Positions 1 to 12,080 are shown, numbered from the stretch's first letter. The stretch: 64,000 nt of DNA from Eledone cirrhosa (GCA_964016885.1 OZ024755.1:35650001-35714000), one strand, 5' to 3'. Translations and numbers: made by a program. The notes: generated by a model from the letters alone, not told the origin.

Positions 1-770
1 CCACTACATTACAGGTACAGTCTATCTGAGAGGGTCATGGGGGCAGAGTCCTCAAACACTCCCTCCAGTGCGTCCTGTCAGAAGCAACCGTCTCCAACTG
101 ATCTGGCTGGATCCCCAAGCAAGACCAGACAAGCTCATGGATGTTACCCAACCACCCTGCTCAGGGTCTACCCCTGCATCTCTTGCTGGTTGGTTTTGCC
201 TGTAAAATCTGTCCCAGTGATTCTTTCCTGAGACATTCTAACCACATGCCCATAGTATCAGAGCCTTGATTTCTCAATTCAGAGAGGTAGCAGCTCTACC
301 TGGAGTGACCCTCCAGTGATTCTTTCCTGAGACATGCTAACCACATGCCCATAGTATCATAGCTGTGATCTCTCAATTCAGAGAGGTAGCAGCTCTACCT
401 GGAGTGACTCTCCAGTGATTCTTTCCTGAGACATTCTAACCACATACCTATAGTATTAGAGCTGTGATCTCTCAGTTCAGAGAGGTAGCAGCTCTACCTG
501 GAGTGACTCTCCAGTGATTCTTTCCTGAGACATGCTAACCACATGCCCATAGTATCATAGCTGTGATCTCTCAATTCAGAGATGTAGCGGCTCTACTTGG
601 TGTGACTCTCTGATGTCCAAGCTACACACTTTATCAAGTAATGTTACTCCAAAGACTCTTCGGAGACACCCTATTTCGGCTGCATGTATTCATGATCATT
701 GTATACTTTCGGTCATTACTATAGGTAAGATTCATGACCATAGGTAAAGGTTAACACAAAAACCGAATTG
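1..770 (-). mobile_element. RTE-clade LINE 3' fragment with internal ~93-bp tandem duplications
   Basis: Minus strand translates to degenerate SLQVELL..IE.S.L.YYGHVVRMSQERI..R..GRP..W, the RTE ORF C-terminus; the 93-bp segment is repeated about 4 times at ~213-600. Confidence 0.8.
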
Positions 771-1321
771 AAGCCATGTTTCTGAATGTCAAAATAGATA
801 TCTTGTCTCCAACCAGTTTTGTACCACTTGAACAACAAGTATGCTGATACTAAGTAGACAATCTATTTATATTGCCTTTTTTCTACAACGAAGTTCTGCC
901 AATTAGGAAATCACATTTAAAACTCTAATATGTGACTTACTACTAACACCTAAACTATTATTACTTTCTTTTTTATCCGCACACATTTCCAGTGGTTTAA
1001 TTTATGACTTGATCCACCAGAAATGACTTCAGCCTTGTGTTCCGTGTTACACAGGAATCGGTTTCATTCATTATTATATCTCCACTTTATTTTTTTTTGT
1101 TATTAAACTTGCTTCTGTAAGATACTTTTATTAGTTTGTTAAACCAATCTGTCATCAAACATGCAATCTGTTCTAACCTTCAAGATTAAATTTCTAAGGA
1201 TGGTTAGTTATTTTCTTAGCAATCCCTGTTTCTGTCATCTTTTTTGCATTGATTTTACTTTTACCTAAACAGCTGACTATCAAAATTATGTATATAATCA
1301 AAAGGATGATGATAATAGTTC

Positions 1322-2500
1322 TCCGGCTTGAGAGATCACAGCTCTGATACTATGGCCATGTGGTTAGGATGTCTCAGGAAAGAATCACTGGAGAGTCACT
1401 CCAGGTAGAGCTGCTACCTCTCTGAATTGAGAAATCAAAGCTCTGATACTATGGGCATGTGGTTAGAATGTCTCAGGAAAGAATCACTGGAGAGTCACTC
1501 CAGGTAGAGCTGCTACTTCTCTGAATTGAGAAATCAAAGCTCTGATATTATGGGCAGGTGGTTAGAATGTCTCAGGAAAGAATTGCTGGAGAGTCACTCC
1601 AGGTAGAGCTGCTACTTCTCCCAACTGAGAGATCACAGCTCTGATATTATAGGCATGTGGTTAGAATGTCTTAGGAAAGAATCACTGGAGAGTCACTCCA
1701 GGTAGAGCTGCTACCTCTCTGAATTGAGAAATCAAAGCTCTGATACTATGGGCATGTGGTTAGAATGTCTCAGGAAAGAATCACTGGAGAGTCACTCCAG
1801 GTAGAGCTGCTACCTCTCTGAATTGAGAAATCAAAGCTCTGATACTACGGGCATGTGGTTAGAATGTCTCAGGAAAGAATTGCTGGAGAGTCACTCCAGG
1901 TAGAGCTGCTACTTCTCCCAACTGAGAGATCACAGCTCTGATACTATGGACAGGTGGTTAGAATGTCTCAGAAAAGAATCACTGGAGAGTCCCTCCAGGT
2001 AAAGCTGCTACCTCTCTGAATTGAGAAATCAAAGCTCTGATACTATGGGCATGTGGTTAGAATGTCTCAGGAAAGAATCACTGGAGAGTCACTCCAGGTA
2101 GAGCTGCTACTTCTCTAATTGAGAAATCAAAGCTCTGATATTATGGGCAGGTGGTTAGAATGTCTCAGGAAAGAATTGCTGGAGAGTCACTCCAGGTAGA
2201 GCCGCTACTTCTCTAATTGAGAAATCAAAGCTCTGATATTATGGGCATGTGGTTAGAATGTCTCAGGAAAAAATTGCTGGACAGATTTTATGAGCAAAAA
2301 CAACCAGCAGGAGACCCAGGGGTAGACCCCAAGCAAGATGGTTGAATAATATCCATGAGCTTGGCTGATTAGGCTTGGGGATCCAGCTGGATCCGCTGGA
2401 GATGGTTGCTTCTGACAGGACCCGCTGGAAGGAGTATTTGAGGACTCTGCAGCACATGACCCTCTCGGGACTAAGGGGACGAAGAAGAGTGGAAGAAGAC
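1322..2500 (+). mobile_element. RTE-clade LINE 3' fragment with ~10 tandem copies of a 93-bp unit
   Basis: YYGHVVRMSQERI unit repeated 1325-2270, then AKTTSRRPRGRPQARWLNNIHELG..DPLEMVASDRTRWKEYLRTL and a (GAA)-type tail. Confidence 0.85.
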
Positions 2501-2826
2501 AAAGAAATGTGATTTCCTAATTGACAGAACTTTGTTGTGGAAAATAGGCAATGTAAATAGAGTGTCTACTTAGTGTCGAAATACTTGGTGTCATACAAAA
2601 CTGGTTGTAGACAAGACATCTATTTTGACATTCAGAAACATGGATATGGCTGATAGATGCTATATAGGTTAAAAATATATATTAATAATAAGTGGAAGTA
2701 GGTGATCAAGTGAAGATGGCATCCTTTTACTATAGCTGGTAATGGAATGCTCAATTAGCACAATTGTAAAGCAAATGAAAGATACAAGCTGTAAGATTAA
2801 TGCATAAGAAAGAAAATGTGTGAGTG

Positions 2827-2859
<33 letters not shown>

Positions 2860-3001
2860 ATGTGTATATATATGTATGTATACATATATATATATGTATG
2901 TGTGTATGTGTATGTGTATATGCTAGCATGGAAGATGGACGTTAAATGATGATGATGTATGTATATGTATCTATGTATATATATATATATATATATATAT
3001 C

Positions 3002-3380
3002 AATGATATTAATAAGTGGAAACTATATTTATAAAACCATATTTATTTTATTTTATATATTTCAAGGGTACCAACATTTTGGTACGCTCTCATCAGATAA
3101 AATACAAAAATTTGTTTTATAAATGGTGACATATCCAGGAAACCAGACCTTAACTGAACCTGAACCGACAAGGTCTGGTTTCCTGTTTGCATTTTATCTG
3201 ATGAGAGCGTACCAAAATGTTGGTACCCTTGAAATATATATATAATAAAATAAATATAGTTTTATAAATATAGTTCCCATTTATTAATATCATTATTATA
3301 CTCCAGGTAACCTGTAGAGTGCTTCGAATCTGTTATAAACAGATTTGTTGAATAATCAACAAATTAAATATCTCTTTGCT
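3002..3380. mobile_element. Penelope-like pLTR-type remnant in inverted (fold-back) arrangement, flanked by (TA)n
   Basis: Arms 3002-3108 and 3186-3294 are reverse complements, with inner stem 3136-3151/3170-3185; contains hammerhead cores; related fragments at ~42700-42750 and ~44795-44940. Confidence 0.6.
3191..3251 (+). ncRNA. Type I hammerhead ribozyme motif
   Basis: Stem I attttat/ataaaat; core CTGATGA 3198-3204; stem II gagcgtaccaa/ttggtaccctt; GAAA 3231-3234; palindromic stem III tatatata; AUA site, predicted cut after 3244. Confidence 0.7.
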
Positions 3381-3400
3381 TATATATATATATATCAGAT

Positions 3401-3736
3401 GGAGGCACAAGGCTTAGTGGTTAGAGCATTCGCCTTGCAATCGAAAGGTTGTGAGTTCAATTCTCAGACTGGGTGATGTGTTGTTTCCTTGAGCAAGACA
3501 CTTTATTTCACATTGCTCCAGTTTACTCAGCTGTAGAAATGAGACGATAGGCACAGGGGTCCCTATCATTCCACTGCAAAGTGGTCGTGGAGGTGCCACG
3601 GCAAAAAAGCACCCAGCACTCACTGTAAATGAGGTTGGTGTTAGGAAGGGCATCCAGCTGTAGAAATCAAGCCAGCATCAGTTCCCGTCCCACCCTTGCA
3701 AGCAGGGAAAAACCGGACGTAAAATGAAATGATGAT
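3401..3736 (+). mobile_element. tRNA-derived SINE, family B (RTE-type tail)
   Basis: A-box GGCTTAGTGG, B-box GTTCAATTC, central ccttgagcaagacactttatttcac domain, RTE-like ggttggtgttaggaagggcatccagc segment, tail cccttgcaagcaggg..gacgtaaaatga(tga)n. Confidence 0.9.
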
Positions 3737-4173
3737 ATACACACACACATAGATACAAATATAAATATACATATATATATATATGTAAGTATGCACACGT
3801 ACACACATATATATGCACACACACACACCCATAAATATATACATACACACACATAAATATATATATGCACGTACGAGTTATATCAAACATTAATAATAAT
3901 GTTCGATTCGTTTGTAAACAAACGAGCATGATTTGAAGCTGTGCCATGCTGGTGACCAATTGTCACCTGTTTGTTCAACACTGGTTTTGAGGAACAATCA
4001 ACATGTCTCTGGGTCATTACCCTTCAACAAGACTGTATACCTGTTGAACGGTTGAAAATATATTGTATTTTCTTAAGTATACATCGGCTGAGTAGCCTTA
4101 TTTGCATACCGAACGAGTTACAGCTGGCCTTGCCAAAATAAAATTCTAATTATTTTTATATATATATATATAT

Positions 4174-4550
4174 CATCATTTCGTTTTAAGTCCGCGTTTT
4201 CCGTGCTTGCAAGGGTGGGACGGGAACTGATTTTGGCTTGGTTTCTACAGCTGGATGCCCTTCCTAACACCAACCTCATTTACAGTGAGTGCTGGGTGCT
4301 TTTTTCCGTGGCGCCTACACGACCACTTTACAGTGTGGGCTGGGTGCTTTTTTGCCGTGGCACCTCCACGACCACTTTGCAGTGGAATCATATGGACCCC
4401 AGTCCCTATCATCTCATTTCTACAGCTGAGTAAACTGGAGCAATGTGAAATAAAGTATCTTGCTCAAGTACACAACACATCACCCGGTCTGAGAATTGAA
4501 CTCACAACCTCTAAGCCAATTGAACTCTAACCTCTAAGCCATGTGCCTCC
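4174..4550 (-). mobile_element. tRNA-derived SINE, family B
   Basis: Reverse complement of the 3401-3736 family, with an internal duplication. Confidence 0.9.
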
Positions 4551-4825
4551 ATATATATATATAACCATGTATATATACACACATAGATACATACACTCAT
4601 ATACTTGTTTATCTGCTAATACTCTCTACTCTGCTATTGTCTTCACTAAAGATAGTTTTGAATAGTGGGTATACTTTTGAGTAGTGTCTTCCCAGATGTA
4701 AAGTAAATTCATTTATAATAATAACAATAAAAATATAATAATGAAATTACTGTGTACAGTGCTCAGGTGCACTACAACTCATTAAAGGTGCATGTATAGT
4801 ACATAGAATAATGTTTTTTTTTATA

Positions 4826-5010
4826 TAGGCACAAGGCCAGCAATTTTGGGGGGAGGTGAAAGTCGATTAAATTGACCCCAGTACATGACTGGTACTTTAC
4901 TTTATCGACTCTGTAAGGATGAAAGGTAAAGTTAACTTCGGCGGTATCATAAAGGGCCATAACTCAAAGCATGGCATCTGACGCTCTACCGATACTGCCA
5001 ATCTACCACC
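4826..5010 (-). mobile_element. tRNA-derived SINE, family A (degenerate), abutting a CR1/L2-like 3' tail at ~4735-4815
   Basis: gttaactttacctttcatcc..gtcgataaagtaaagtaccag core on minus strand; the adjacent tail matches 56620-56710. Confidence 0.75.
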
Positions 5011-5516
5011 TTTCTATAAAATAATGTTGTATATTATCTATTGAAACATATCATATATGGTTTAACGTACTCAGCTCAGTGCTGTTTCTTAGTTCAAACC
5101 TCATCAGGTGTAAAATTACCTTTCATCAATACATTGTCAGAAAACAGATATCACTAATGTATCAAAACTGATTCAATTAATAGACTTTTTTCCTCTTTAA
5201 AAAGGAAATTAGTTTGTTACACCTATCTTTAAGAAATCAATACTATTTCTGCTAAAAGAGATAATACTGCTAGCAAAAGACATTCATTACATATTTCAAA
5301 TGGTGATTCCCTTTCAAATTATTTGGTAGAGAGTCAGATAAAATACTATTGTGATATTTGTTCTAACTTTTTACATTCTGAGTTCAAATCCTGCTGAGGT
5401 CCACTTTGCCTTTCATCCTTCCAGGGTTGACAAAATAAAGTAACAGTTAAGTACTGGGGTTGATTTAACAAACTTTGCCCTTTCTCCCCAAATTTGGTAG
5501 CCTTGTGCATCATCAT

Positions 5517-5835
5517 TCATCATTTCATTTTACATCCGCTTTTCCCTGCTTGCAAGGGTGGGACGGGAACTGATTCTGGCTTGATTTCTACAGCTGGATG
5601 CCCTTCCTAACACCAACCTCATTTACAGTGAGTGCTGGGTGCTTTTTTGCCGTGGCACCTCCACGAATGATAGGGATCCCAGTCCCTATCATCTCATTTC
5701 TACAGCTGAGTAAACTGGAGCAATGTGAAATAAAGTGTCTTGCTCAAGGAAACAACACATCACCCGGTCTGAGAATTGAACTCACAACCTTTCGATTGCA
5801 AAGCCAATGCTCTAACCACTAAGCCATGTGCCTCC
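5517..5835 (-). mobile_element. tRNA-derived SINE, family B
   Basis: Near-identical to the other family B copies, with a small internal deletion. Confidence 0.9.
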
Positions 5836-5972
5836 ATTAGAAATCAATTTGGGAGCCAGTTAGGTAGACAATTCAGGCAGGAGGATGCAGAAGAAGTAGA
5901 AGGGGATTAATCTTTATTTCACTGGTGATGAAGAGCTATTTTGACTCTCTAGCAAAATGAGGTGCATCTTAA

Positions 5973-6190
5973 CCCTTTAGCGTTTAAGCAAGCCGTATCC
6001 GGCCAGAATTCTCTCACCTCTTTCTGTAAGAGTGGCTATAACCAGCCACTCATACTGATGTTAAGGTATTGCTCTCAAAATAAAGGATATCAAATTCTCA
6101 ACGATTCGATATTATGTGAGATAATATCTAAGAAAAGCCTTTACCATGAAAATACAATAGTAAATATAGAGTAATGTGAATACTAAAGGG
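5973..6190 (+). mobile_element. piggyBac-type MITE (~220 bp)
   Basis: TTAA on both sides (5969-5972, 6191-6194); termini CCCTTTAG...CTAAAGGG; more than 10 related copies in the window. Confidence 0.85.
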
Positions 6191-6359
6191 TTAATCACAG
6201 TGTATGTCCTGTGACAAAATGAAATAGTTAACTATGTGGGTAGCACCCTCTGGAAAACATGTCTGAGGATACTGCTCTCAGAACCCTTTCAGGAATGAGT
6301 GAAAGGAGGAGGGGTAGAGCAATGAGGAAGGGAACCATTGGCTCTGAATCATGTACGTC

Positions 6360-6610
6360 ACTGTATGTTATCCACAAACATGTTAACCTTAACAGGAGAT
6401 GATTTATACATACTACACAGATAACACGACCCCGAGATCTGTAGACTCTGAGCAAGATGGTTGGATAACATCCATGAGCTTGGCTAGTCTCACTTGGGGA
6501 TCCAGCTGGATCAGTTGGAGATGGTTACTTCTAACAGGACTCGCTGGAAGGAGTTTTTGAGGACTCTTCACCCGCAACCCTACCAGGATTAAGTGGGCAA
6601 AGAAGAAGAC
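6360..6610 (+). mobile_element. RTE LINE 3' fragment
   Basis: Homologous to 2280-2500 (RWLDNIHELG..GIQLDQLEMVTSNRTRWKE). Confidence 0.75.
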
Positions 6611-6747
6611 ATAGGTAGCAAACACTGAAGATACATTTCTAATAGCAATACTGTTCTCCGAAAGGGTATATGAGAAAAAGAGAGAGGTAAAGATTCTTTT
6701 TTTCTTAATATCTCAGTAACAACAACTGATAATATAACCAAGCTTAA

Positions 6748-7145
6748 CCCTTTAGAATTTAAACAGGCCATATCTGTTCAAACTGACTGTAACCAGCTGC
6801 TTATACTGAGGTAAAGGTATTCTTCTCAAAATAAATAATATCAAAACCTCATAGATTCGATATTATGTAAGATATTATGTGAGATAAAGCCTTTACCATG
6901 AAAATATAATAGTATATATAGAGTAATTGTTTCTACTTTAGGCACAAGGCCAGCAATTACCCAGTGCATTACTGGTACTTTATTTTATCGACCCTGTAAG
7001 GATGAAAGGCAAAGTCAACCTCGGCGGGGTTTGAACTCAGATCGTAAAGGGACGTAACTATGCTGGAAAGCATGGCGTCCGACCCTCTACCGATACTGCC
7101 AATCCACCACCATAGTATATATAGAGTAATGTAAATACTAAAGGG
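6748..7145 (+). mobile_element. piggyBac-type MITE interrupted by a family A SINE (6928-7111, minus)
   Basis: TTAA/CCCTTTAG termini; the SINE is flanked by a 19-bp TSD atagtatatatagagtaat (6909-6927, 7112-7130). Confidence 0.85.
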
Positions 7146-7631
7146 TTAACAAACAGAATCAACAGCAGAACATTGTAGCTTATGTAGCAACACTTGTACA
7201 GTCATCAAAATTAGCTCTTTTCTTCTGGGTGGAGCTGGCCACATGAGTAAGCCTCATGAGTTGGAATAGCTATTTGAATGTGTATCCCTTGCTACTCCCC
7301 AGAGCAATGCTTGCTCCGTTCTGTCTGCTTGCACCTAGGGTTCTGCATGCCAGAGAGTGTTCTTCCACACTGTCCAGGCTCGTATCACTGAGGTAATGAT
7401 GAATGAGGATTCATTCACCCACACCATATACGTATTTATTGCAGAGGTTTTCTTAAGGGCCTGTAACTCCACAGGGAGTTATCGATGCCCTATAGTGACA
7501 TATAGTGTTCCTTGGGTATTTTTTTCAACCTGGCAGAGCCCATTCTTGCTCCAAGTCTGAACAGGATTTCTTCCAGAGAAGAGAGAGAATGATAGAAAGA
7601 AAGTGAGAAAGCATTATATGTAATACAAATT

Positions 7632-8305
7632 CGACGGTGGATTGGCAGTATCGGTAGAGAGTCGGACACCATGCTTTGAAGCATAGAGTTACGTCCCTTT
7701 ACGGTCTGAGTTCAAATCCCGCCGAGGTTAACTTTGCCTTTCATCCTTACGGGGTCGATAAAATAAAGTACCAGTAATACACTGGGCTAATTGCTGGCCT
7801 TGTGCCAAGAGTAGAAACAATTATATGTAATACAAATGGTTAACTTTGCCTTTCATCCTTACGGGGTCGATAAAATAAAGTACCAGTAATACACGGGAAT
7901 AATTGCTGGCCTTGTGCCAAGAGTAGAAACAATTATATGTAATACAAATGGTTAACTTTGCCTTTCATCCTTACGGGGTCGATAAAATAAAGTACCAGTA
8001 ATACACTGGATTAATTGCTGGCCTTGTGCCAAGAGTAGAAACAATTATATGTAATACAAATGGTTAACTTTGCCTTTCATCCTTACGGGGTCGATAAAAT
8101 AAAGTACCAGTAATACACTGGAATAATTGCTGGCCTTGTGCCAAGAGTAGAAACAATTATATGTAATACAAATGGTTAACTTTGCCTTTCATCCTTACGG
8201 GGTCGATAAAATAAAGTACCAGTAATACACTGGAATAATTGCTGGCCTTGTGCCAAGAGTAGAAACAATTATATGTAATACAAATGGTTAACTTTGCCTT
8301 TCATT
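7632..8305 (+). mobile_element. Family A SINE whose 3' half plus flank is amplified as a 112-bp tandem (5 copies)
   Basis: ggttaactttgcc starts at 7726, 7838, 7950, 8062, 8174 and 8286. Confidence 0.85.
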
Positions 8306-8499
8306 CTTCGAAAGCCTTCATAAGATAAATATCTCAATGATGCTTCTCTAGTTTTACTGCCAACTTTCTTACAGCAACTGTACACCTGACTTTCTGTGTA
8401 TGACAACATGTACAACATGTACAACTTTGAATAACAAAGGATTAGTCTCACAATATTTACAACTTTCAAGGTCACCCGGTATCTTGAATTTACTACATC

Positions 8500-9309
8500 G
8501 TGAAGGCCTACATATCATCTATTGCTGTGGTCATTCAGTTTCATAACTCTCTATACCAAGAGCATCATGATGCCACCTACACTCACCTGCTTCAACGCAT
8601 TCAGAACATAAGCTGGCGACATCTGCCTTTGAAAGAGATATATGCCGGCCTCCCACGCATATATCTGTCATTGTACGTAAAAGGAGAGTAAGATTTGCTG
8701 GCCACTGCCATCCTGCCACCTACGAGGCTGTGTCACCATTAGTGCTTTGGAAACCACAAGCAGTCACTAATAACAGGAGGCACAAGCTCTCCTATCCCAA
8801 TTTGCTGGCCACTGCCATCCTGCCACCTATGAGGCTGTGTCACCATTAGTGCTTTGGAAACCACAAGCAGTCACTAATAACAGGGGGCACAAGCTCTCCT
8901 ATCCCAATTTGCTGGCCACTGCCATCGTGCCACCTATGAGGCTGTGTCCCCATTAGTGCTTTGGAAACCACAAGCAGTCACTAATAACAGGGGTGCAAGC
9001 TCTCCTATCCCAATTTGCTGGCCACTGCCACCGTGCCACCTATGAGGCTGTGTCCCCATTAGTGCTTTGGAAACCACAAGCAGTCACTAATAACAGGGGT
9101 GCAAGCTCTCCTATCCCAATTTGCTGGCCACTGCCACCGTGCCACCTCTGAGGCTGTGTCCCCATTAGTGCTTTGGAAACCACAAGCAGTCATTAATAAC
9201 AGGAGGCACAGGCTCTCCTACCCCGATGTCATCTGCAGAGATTCTGATATTGAAATCCAGGACTTGGCAGTGGCAATGAACGACAGACCCACGATTTCGG
9301 CTGAGGGTG

Positions 9310-9350
<41 letters not shown>
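8500..9350 (+). mobile_element. RTE-like LINE 3' fragment with 5 tandem ~107-bp units and a (GAT)n tail
   Basis: LLQRIQNISWRH...RFAGHCHRA..EAVSPLVLWKP..YPDVICRD..AMNDR; tandem spans 8693-9225. Confidence 0.75.
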
Positions 9351-9351
<1 letters not shown>

Positions 9352-9384
9352 ACCAAGAGCAATGTAGAAACAACCTCACCCTAT

Positions 9385-10158
9385 ACCATTGACATTACTC
9401 TATATTTTCTATTGTATTTCACAGAAAAGGCTTTATCTCACATAATATCGAATCTACTAGATTTTGATACTATTTATTTTGAGAACAATACCTTAACATC
9501 AGTATGAGTGGCCAGTTACAGCCAGTTTGAACAGAGAGAGGTGAGAGAATTCTGGCCGGATATGGCCAGTTTGAACAGAGAGACGTGAGAGAATTCTAAC
9601 CGGATATGGCCAGTTTGAACAGAGAGACGTGAGAGAATTCTAGCCGGATATGGCCAGTTTGAACAGAGAGAGGTGATAGAATTCTGGCCGGATATGGCCA
9701 GTTTGAACAGAGAGAGGTGAGAGAATTCTGGCCGGATATGGCCAGTTTGAACAGAGAGAGGTGAGAGAATTCTGGCCGGATATGGCCAGTTTGAACAGAG
9801 AGAGGTGAGAGAATTCTGGCCGGATATGGCCAGTTTGAACAGAGAGAGGTGAGAGAATTCTGGCCGGATATGGCCAGTTTGAACAGAGAGAGGTGAGAGA
9901 ATTCTGGCCGGATATGGCCAGTTTGAACAGAGAGAGGTGAGAGAATTCTGGCCGGATATGCCCAGTTTGAACAGAGAGAGGTGAGAGAATTCTGACCGGA
10001 TATGGCCAGTTTGAACAGAGAGAGGTGAGAGAATTCTGGCCGGATATGGCCAGTTTGAACAGAGAGAGGTGAGATAATTCTAGTCGGATATGGGCAGTTT
10101 GAACAGAGAGAGGTGAGAGAATTCTGGCCAGATATGGCCAGTCTAAATGCTAAAGGGT
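9385..10158 (-). mobile_element. piggyBac-type MITE with a 44-bp internal unit amplified ~14 times
   Basis: Unit ggccagtttgaacagagagaggtgagagaattctggccggatat spans ~9520-10142; ends GCTAAAGGG-TTAA. Confidence 0.85.
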
Positions 10159-10709
10159 TAATCAAATGAGGTACATGTCAACAATATTTCTCACTAACTT
10201 TACAATATTTCTTGCAAAAAAATGTGCCTAAAAGGGTGGCAAACATTTAATTTTTGGCATCACATTTATCTCTGCCTACCAATATTAAAAAATAAATACA
10301 CAAAGAAAAGAGAATTTAATAAATAAACAACATTTTTTTTTTGTGTTTTTTTTTTTTAGTTTTATCAACATCGTATTGTATATTGTAATGGCTTACATAA
10401 AACTAAAATATTAATCCTCTTTAAATGATATTCTATTCGAAAGAATCCTATTTACATTTATATCCATCTCCTCCATTGATAGAAAATAAACCTTAAAACT
10501 CCAACCAGCCAAAGAAGTAAACAAAAGAAACTGGCAAGAGTTAAATCTTGTTACACGAAACAAAGGGAGACCATCAAAATGAGTTTGTGTGGCGTTTTCC
10601 TCCATTCAACAGACTTCTAATCAGGAACAGAGAGAGCTGGGAGAAAAACATACTGAGTTTCATGCTTTATGTTTTTAAATTAGAATAATAATAATAATAA
10701 TAATAATAA

Positions 10710-10949
10710 TATCTTTATTAACCACAAGGGTTTACATAAAGTAGACATTAAGGACAATACAGGGCGGTACAAATGGGCATTTCTGCGTGTAAAAAAAAAA
10801 CAAGAAACAGAGGATGTAATAATAGAACAATGAAAAAATTCCCCAATAGGGGGGAGACTTCTGAGGGACATTGGTGGAGAAAGCCCATTAAAAAACCACA
10901 GTGACCCTGACCACCAGGGCAAGTGCCCTCTCCCAGTTTTCCACCTTTA

Positions 10950-10950
<1 letters not shown>
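10710..10950 (-). mobile_element. LINE-like 3' UTR fragment (second copy at ~31430-31700, plus strand)
   Basis: Two similar copies in opposite orientation, each ending in aataaa plus (ATT)n; clade not determined. Confidence 0.55.
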
Positions 10951-10993
<43 letters not shown>

Positions 10994-10999
10994 TAATAA

Positions 11000-11671
11000 T
11001 AATTGTTTCTACTTTTGGCACAAGGCCAGCAATTATCCCAGTGTATTACTGGTACTTTATTTAATCGACCCCGTAAGGATGAAAGGCAAAGTTAACCTCG
11101 GCGGTATTTGAACTCAGAATGGCAAGGGCCGTAACTCTATGCTTGGTGTCCGAACCTCTACCGATACTGCCAATCCAATAATAATAATAATTGTTTCTAC
11201 GTTTGGCACAAGGCTAGCAATTACCCAGTGCATTACTGGTACTTTATTTTATCGACCCCGTAAGGATGAAAGGCAAAGAAGAAATACAAAAGATAGTACT
11301 AATGGGAACTGCCCATATACTAAGGAAGATTCTGTCTATATAAGTACATCACAAGTCTAAACACCTAAAGATACATGTATGTGTGTACGTGTTTTTTCTT
11401 GAACATGGTGGACCTTGTTGTCTTTTGAGGTCACTGGTGGATAACTCGAGGGGAACATAAAGCAAGATAAATGAAAAAATAATAATTGTTTCTACTTTAG
11501 GCACAAGGCCAGCAATTACCCAGTGCATTACTGGTACGTTATTTTATCGACCCCGTAAGGATGAAAGGCAAAGTTAACCTCGGCGGGATTTTAACTCAGA
11601 TCGTAAAGGGACGTAACTATGCTGGAAAGCATGGCGTCCGACCCTCTACCGATACTGCCAATCCACCGCCT
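11000..11671 (-). mobile_element. Cluster of family A SINEs (about 11000-11176, 11190-11278, 11483-11671)
   Basis: Repeated ttgtttctac..gcacaaggccagcaatt..gtcgaccccgtaaggatgaaaggcaaag pattern next to (TAA)n. Confidence 0.85.
11278..11480 (+). mobile_element. R4/Dong-like LINE 3' end
   Basis: Translates EEIQKIVLMGTAHILRKILSI*, the typical R4/Dong C-terminus; located in (TAA)n-rich context. Confidence 0.6.
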
Positions 11672-11818
11672 TGAAAAAATAATAATGGTTTCATTTATTG
11701 GCCACAAGGGCTGGGGGGATTTTTTTCAGGAAAAATATGCCTTGTAAGCCAGTAAAGCTGGTAACAGTCAAAGTTTACACATGTATACATATAAGATATA
11801 AACACATGTATGTGTGTG

Positions 11819-11857
<39 letters not shown>

Positions 11858-11860
<3 letters not shown>

Positions 11861-12080
11861 AAAGATAAACAGAAATAACAACACAATCGGTACAGTATAT
11901 GGAAGGAATATATTAGGTTAACGCTTGATATAGCAGGAAGAGGGTCTTAACGTTTCGGACGCTAGTCCTTCATCAGAAGAAAGAATGAGAAATAAAATAG
12001 ATTGAAGGGACGGGTGGGATGGAATTGGAAAAAATGTCTTTAGATAAAAATAACAGGTCCATTCATGTTGACATCTCTTG
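11858..12080 (-). mobile_element. Penelope-like pLTR-type fragment carrying a hammerhead
   Basis: Homologous to ~35900-36047 (plus strand); flanked by TA repeats. Confidence 0.6.
11945..11980 (-). ncRNA. Minimal type I hammerhead ribozyme motif
   Basis: Minus strand reads tctt-CTGATGA-a-ggac(tagc)gtcc-GAAA-cg-T-T-aaga; stem I tctt/aaga; palindromic AACGTT stem III like PLE dimeric hammerheads. Confidence 0.7.

Noticed and set aside
3401-3475. tRNA genes
   Set aside because: A/B boxes belong to SINE heads that continue into SINE bodies; no complete cloverleaf acceptor stem.
3414-3653. Recurrent 79-aa ORF MPFLTPTSFTVSAGCFF... (many copies)
   Set aside because: Antisense reading of family B SINEs; recurrence reflects SINE copy number, not a gene family.
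10411-10605. 64-aa minus-strand ORF as candidate terminal kinase exon
   Set aside because: No similarity to the AGC-kinase C-terminal HP.F..DW..PF.P pattern.
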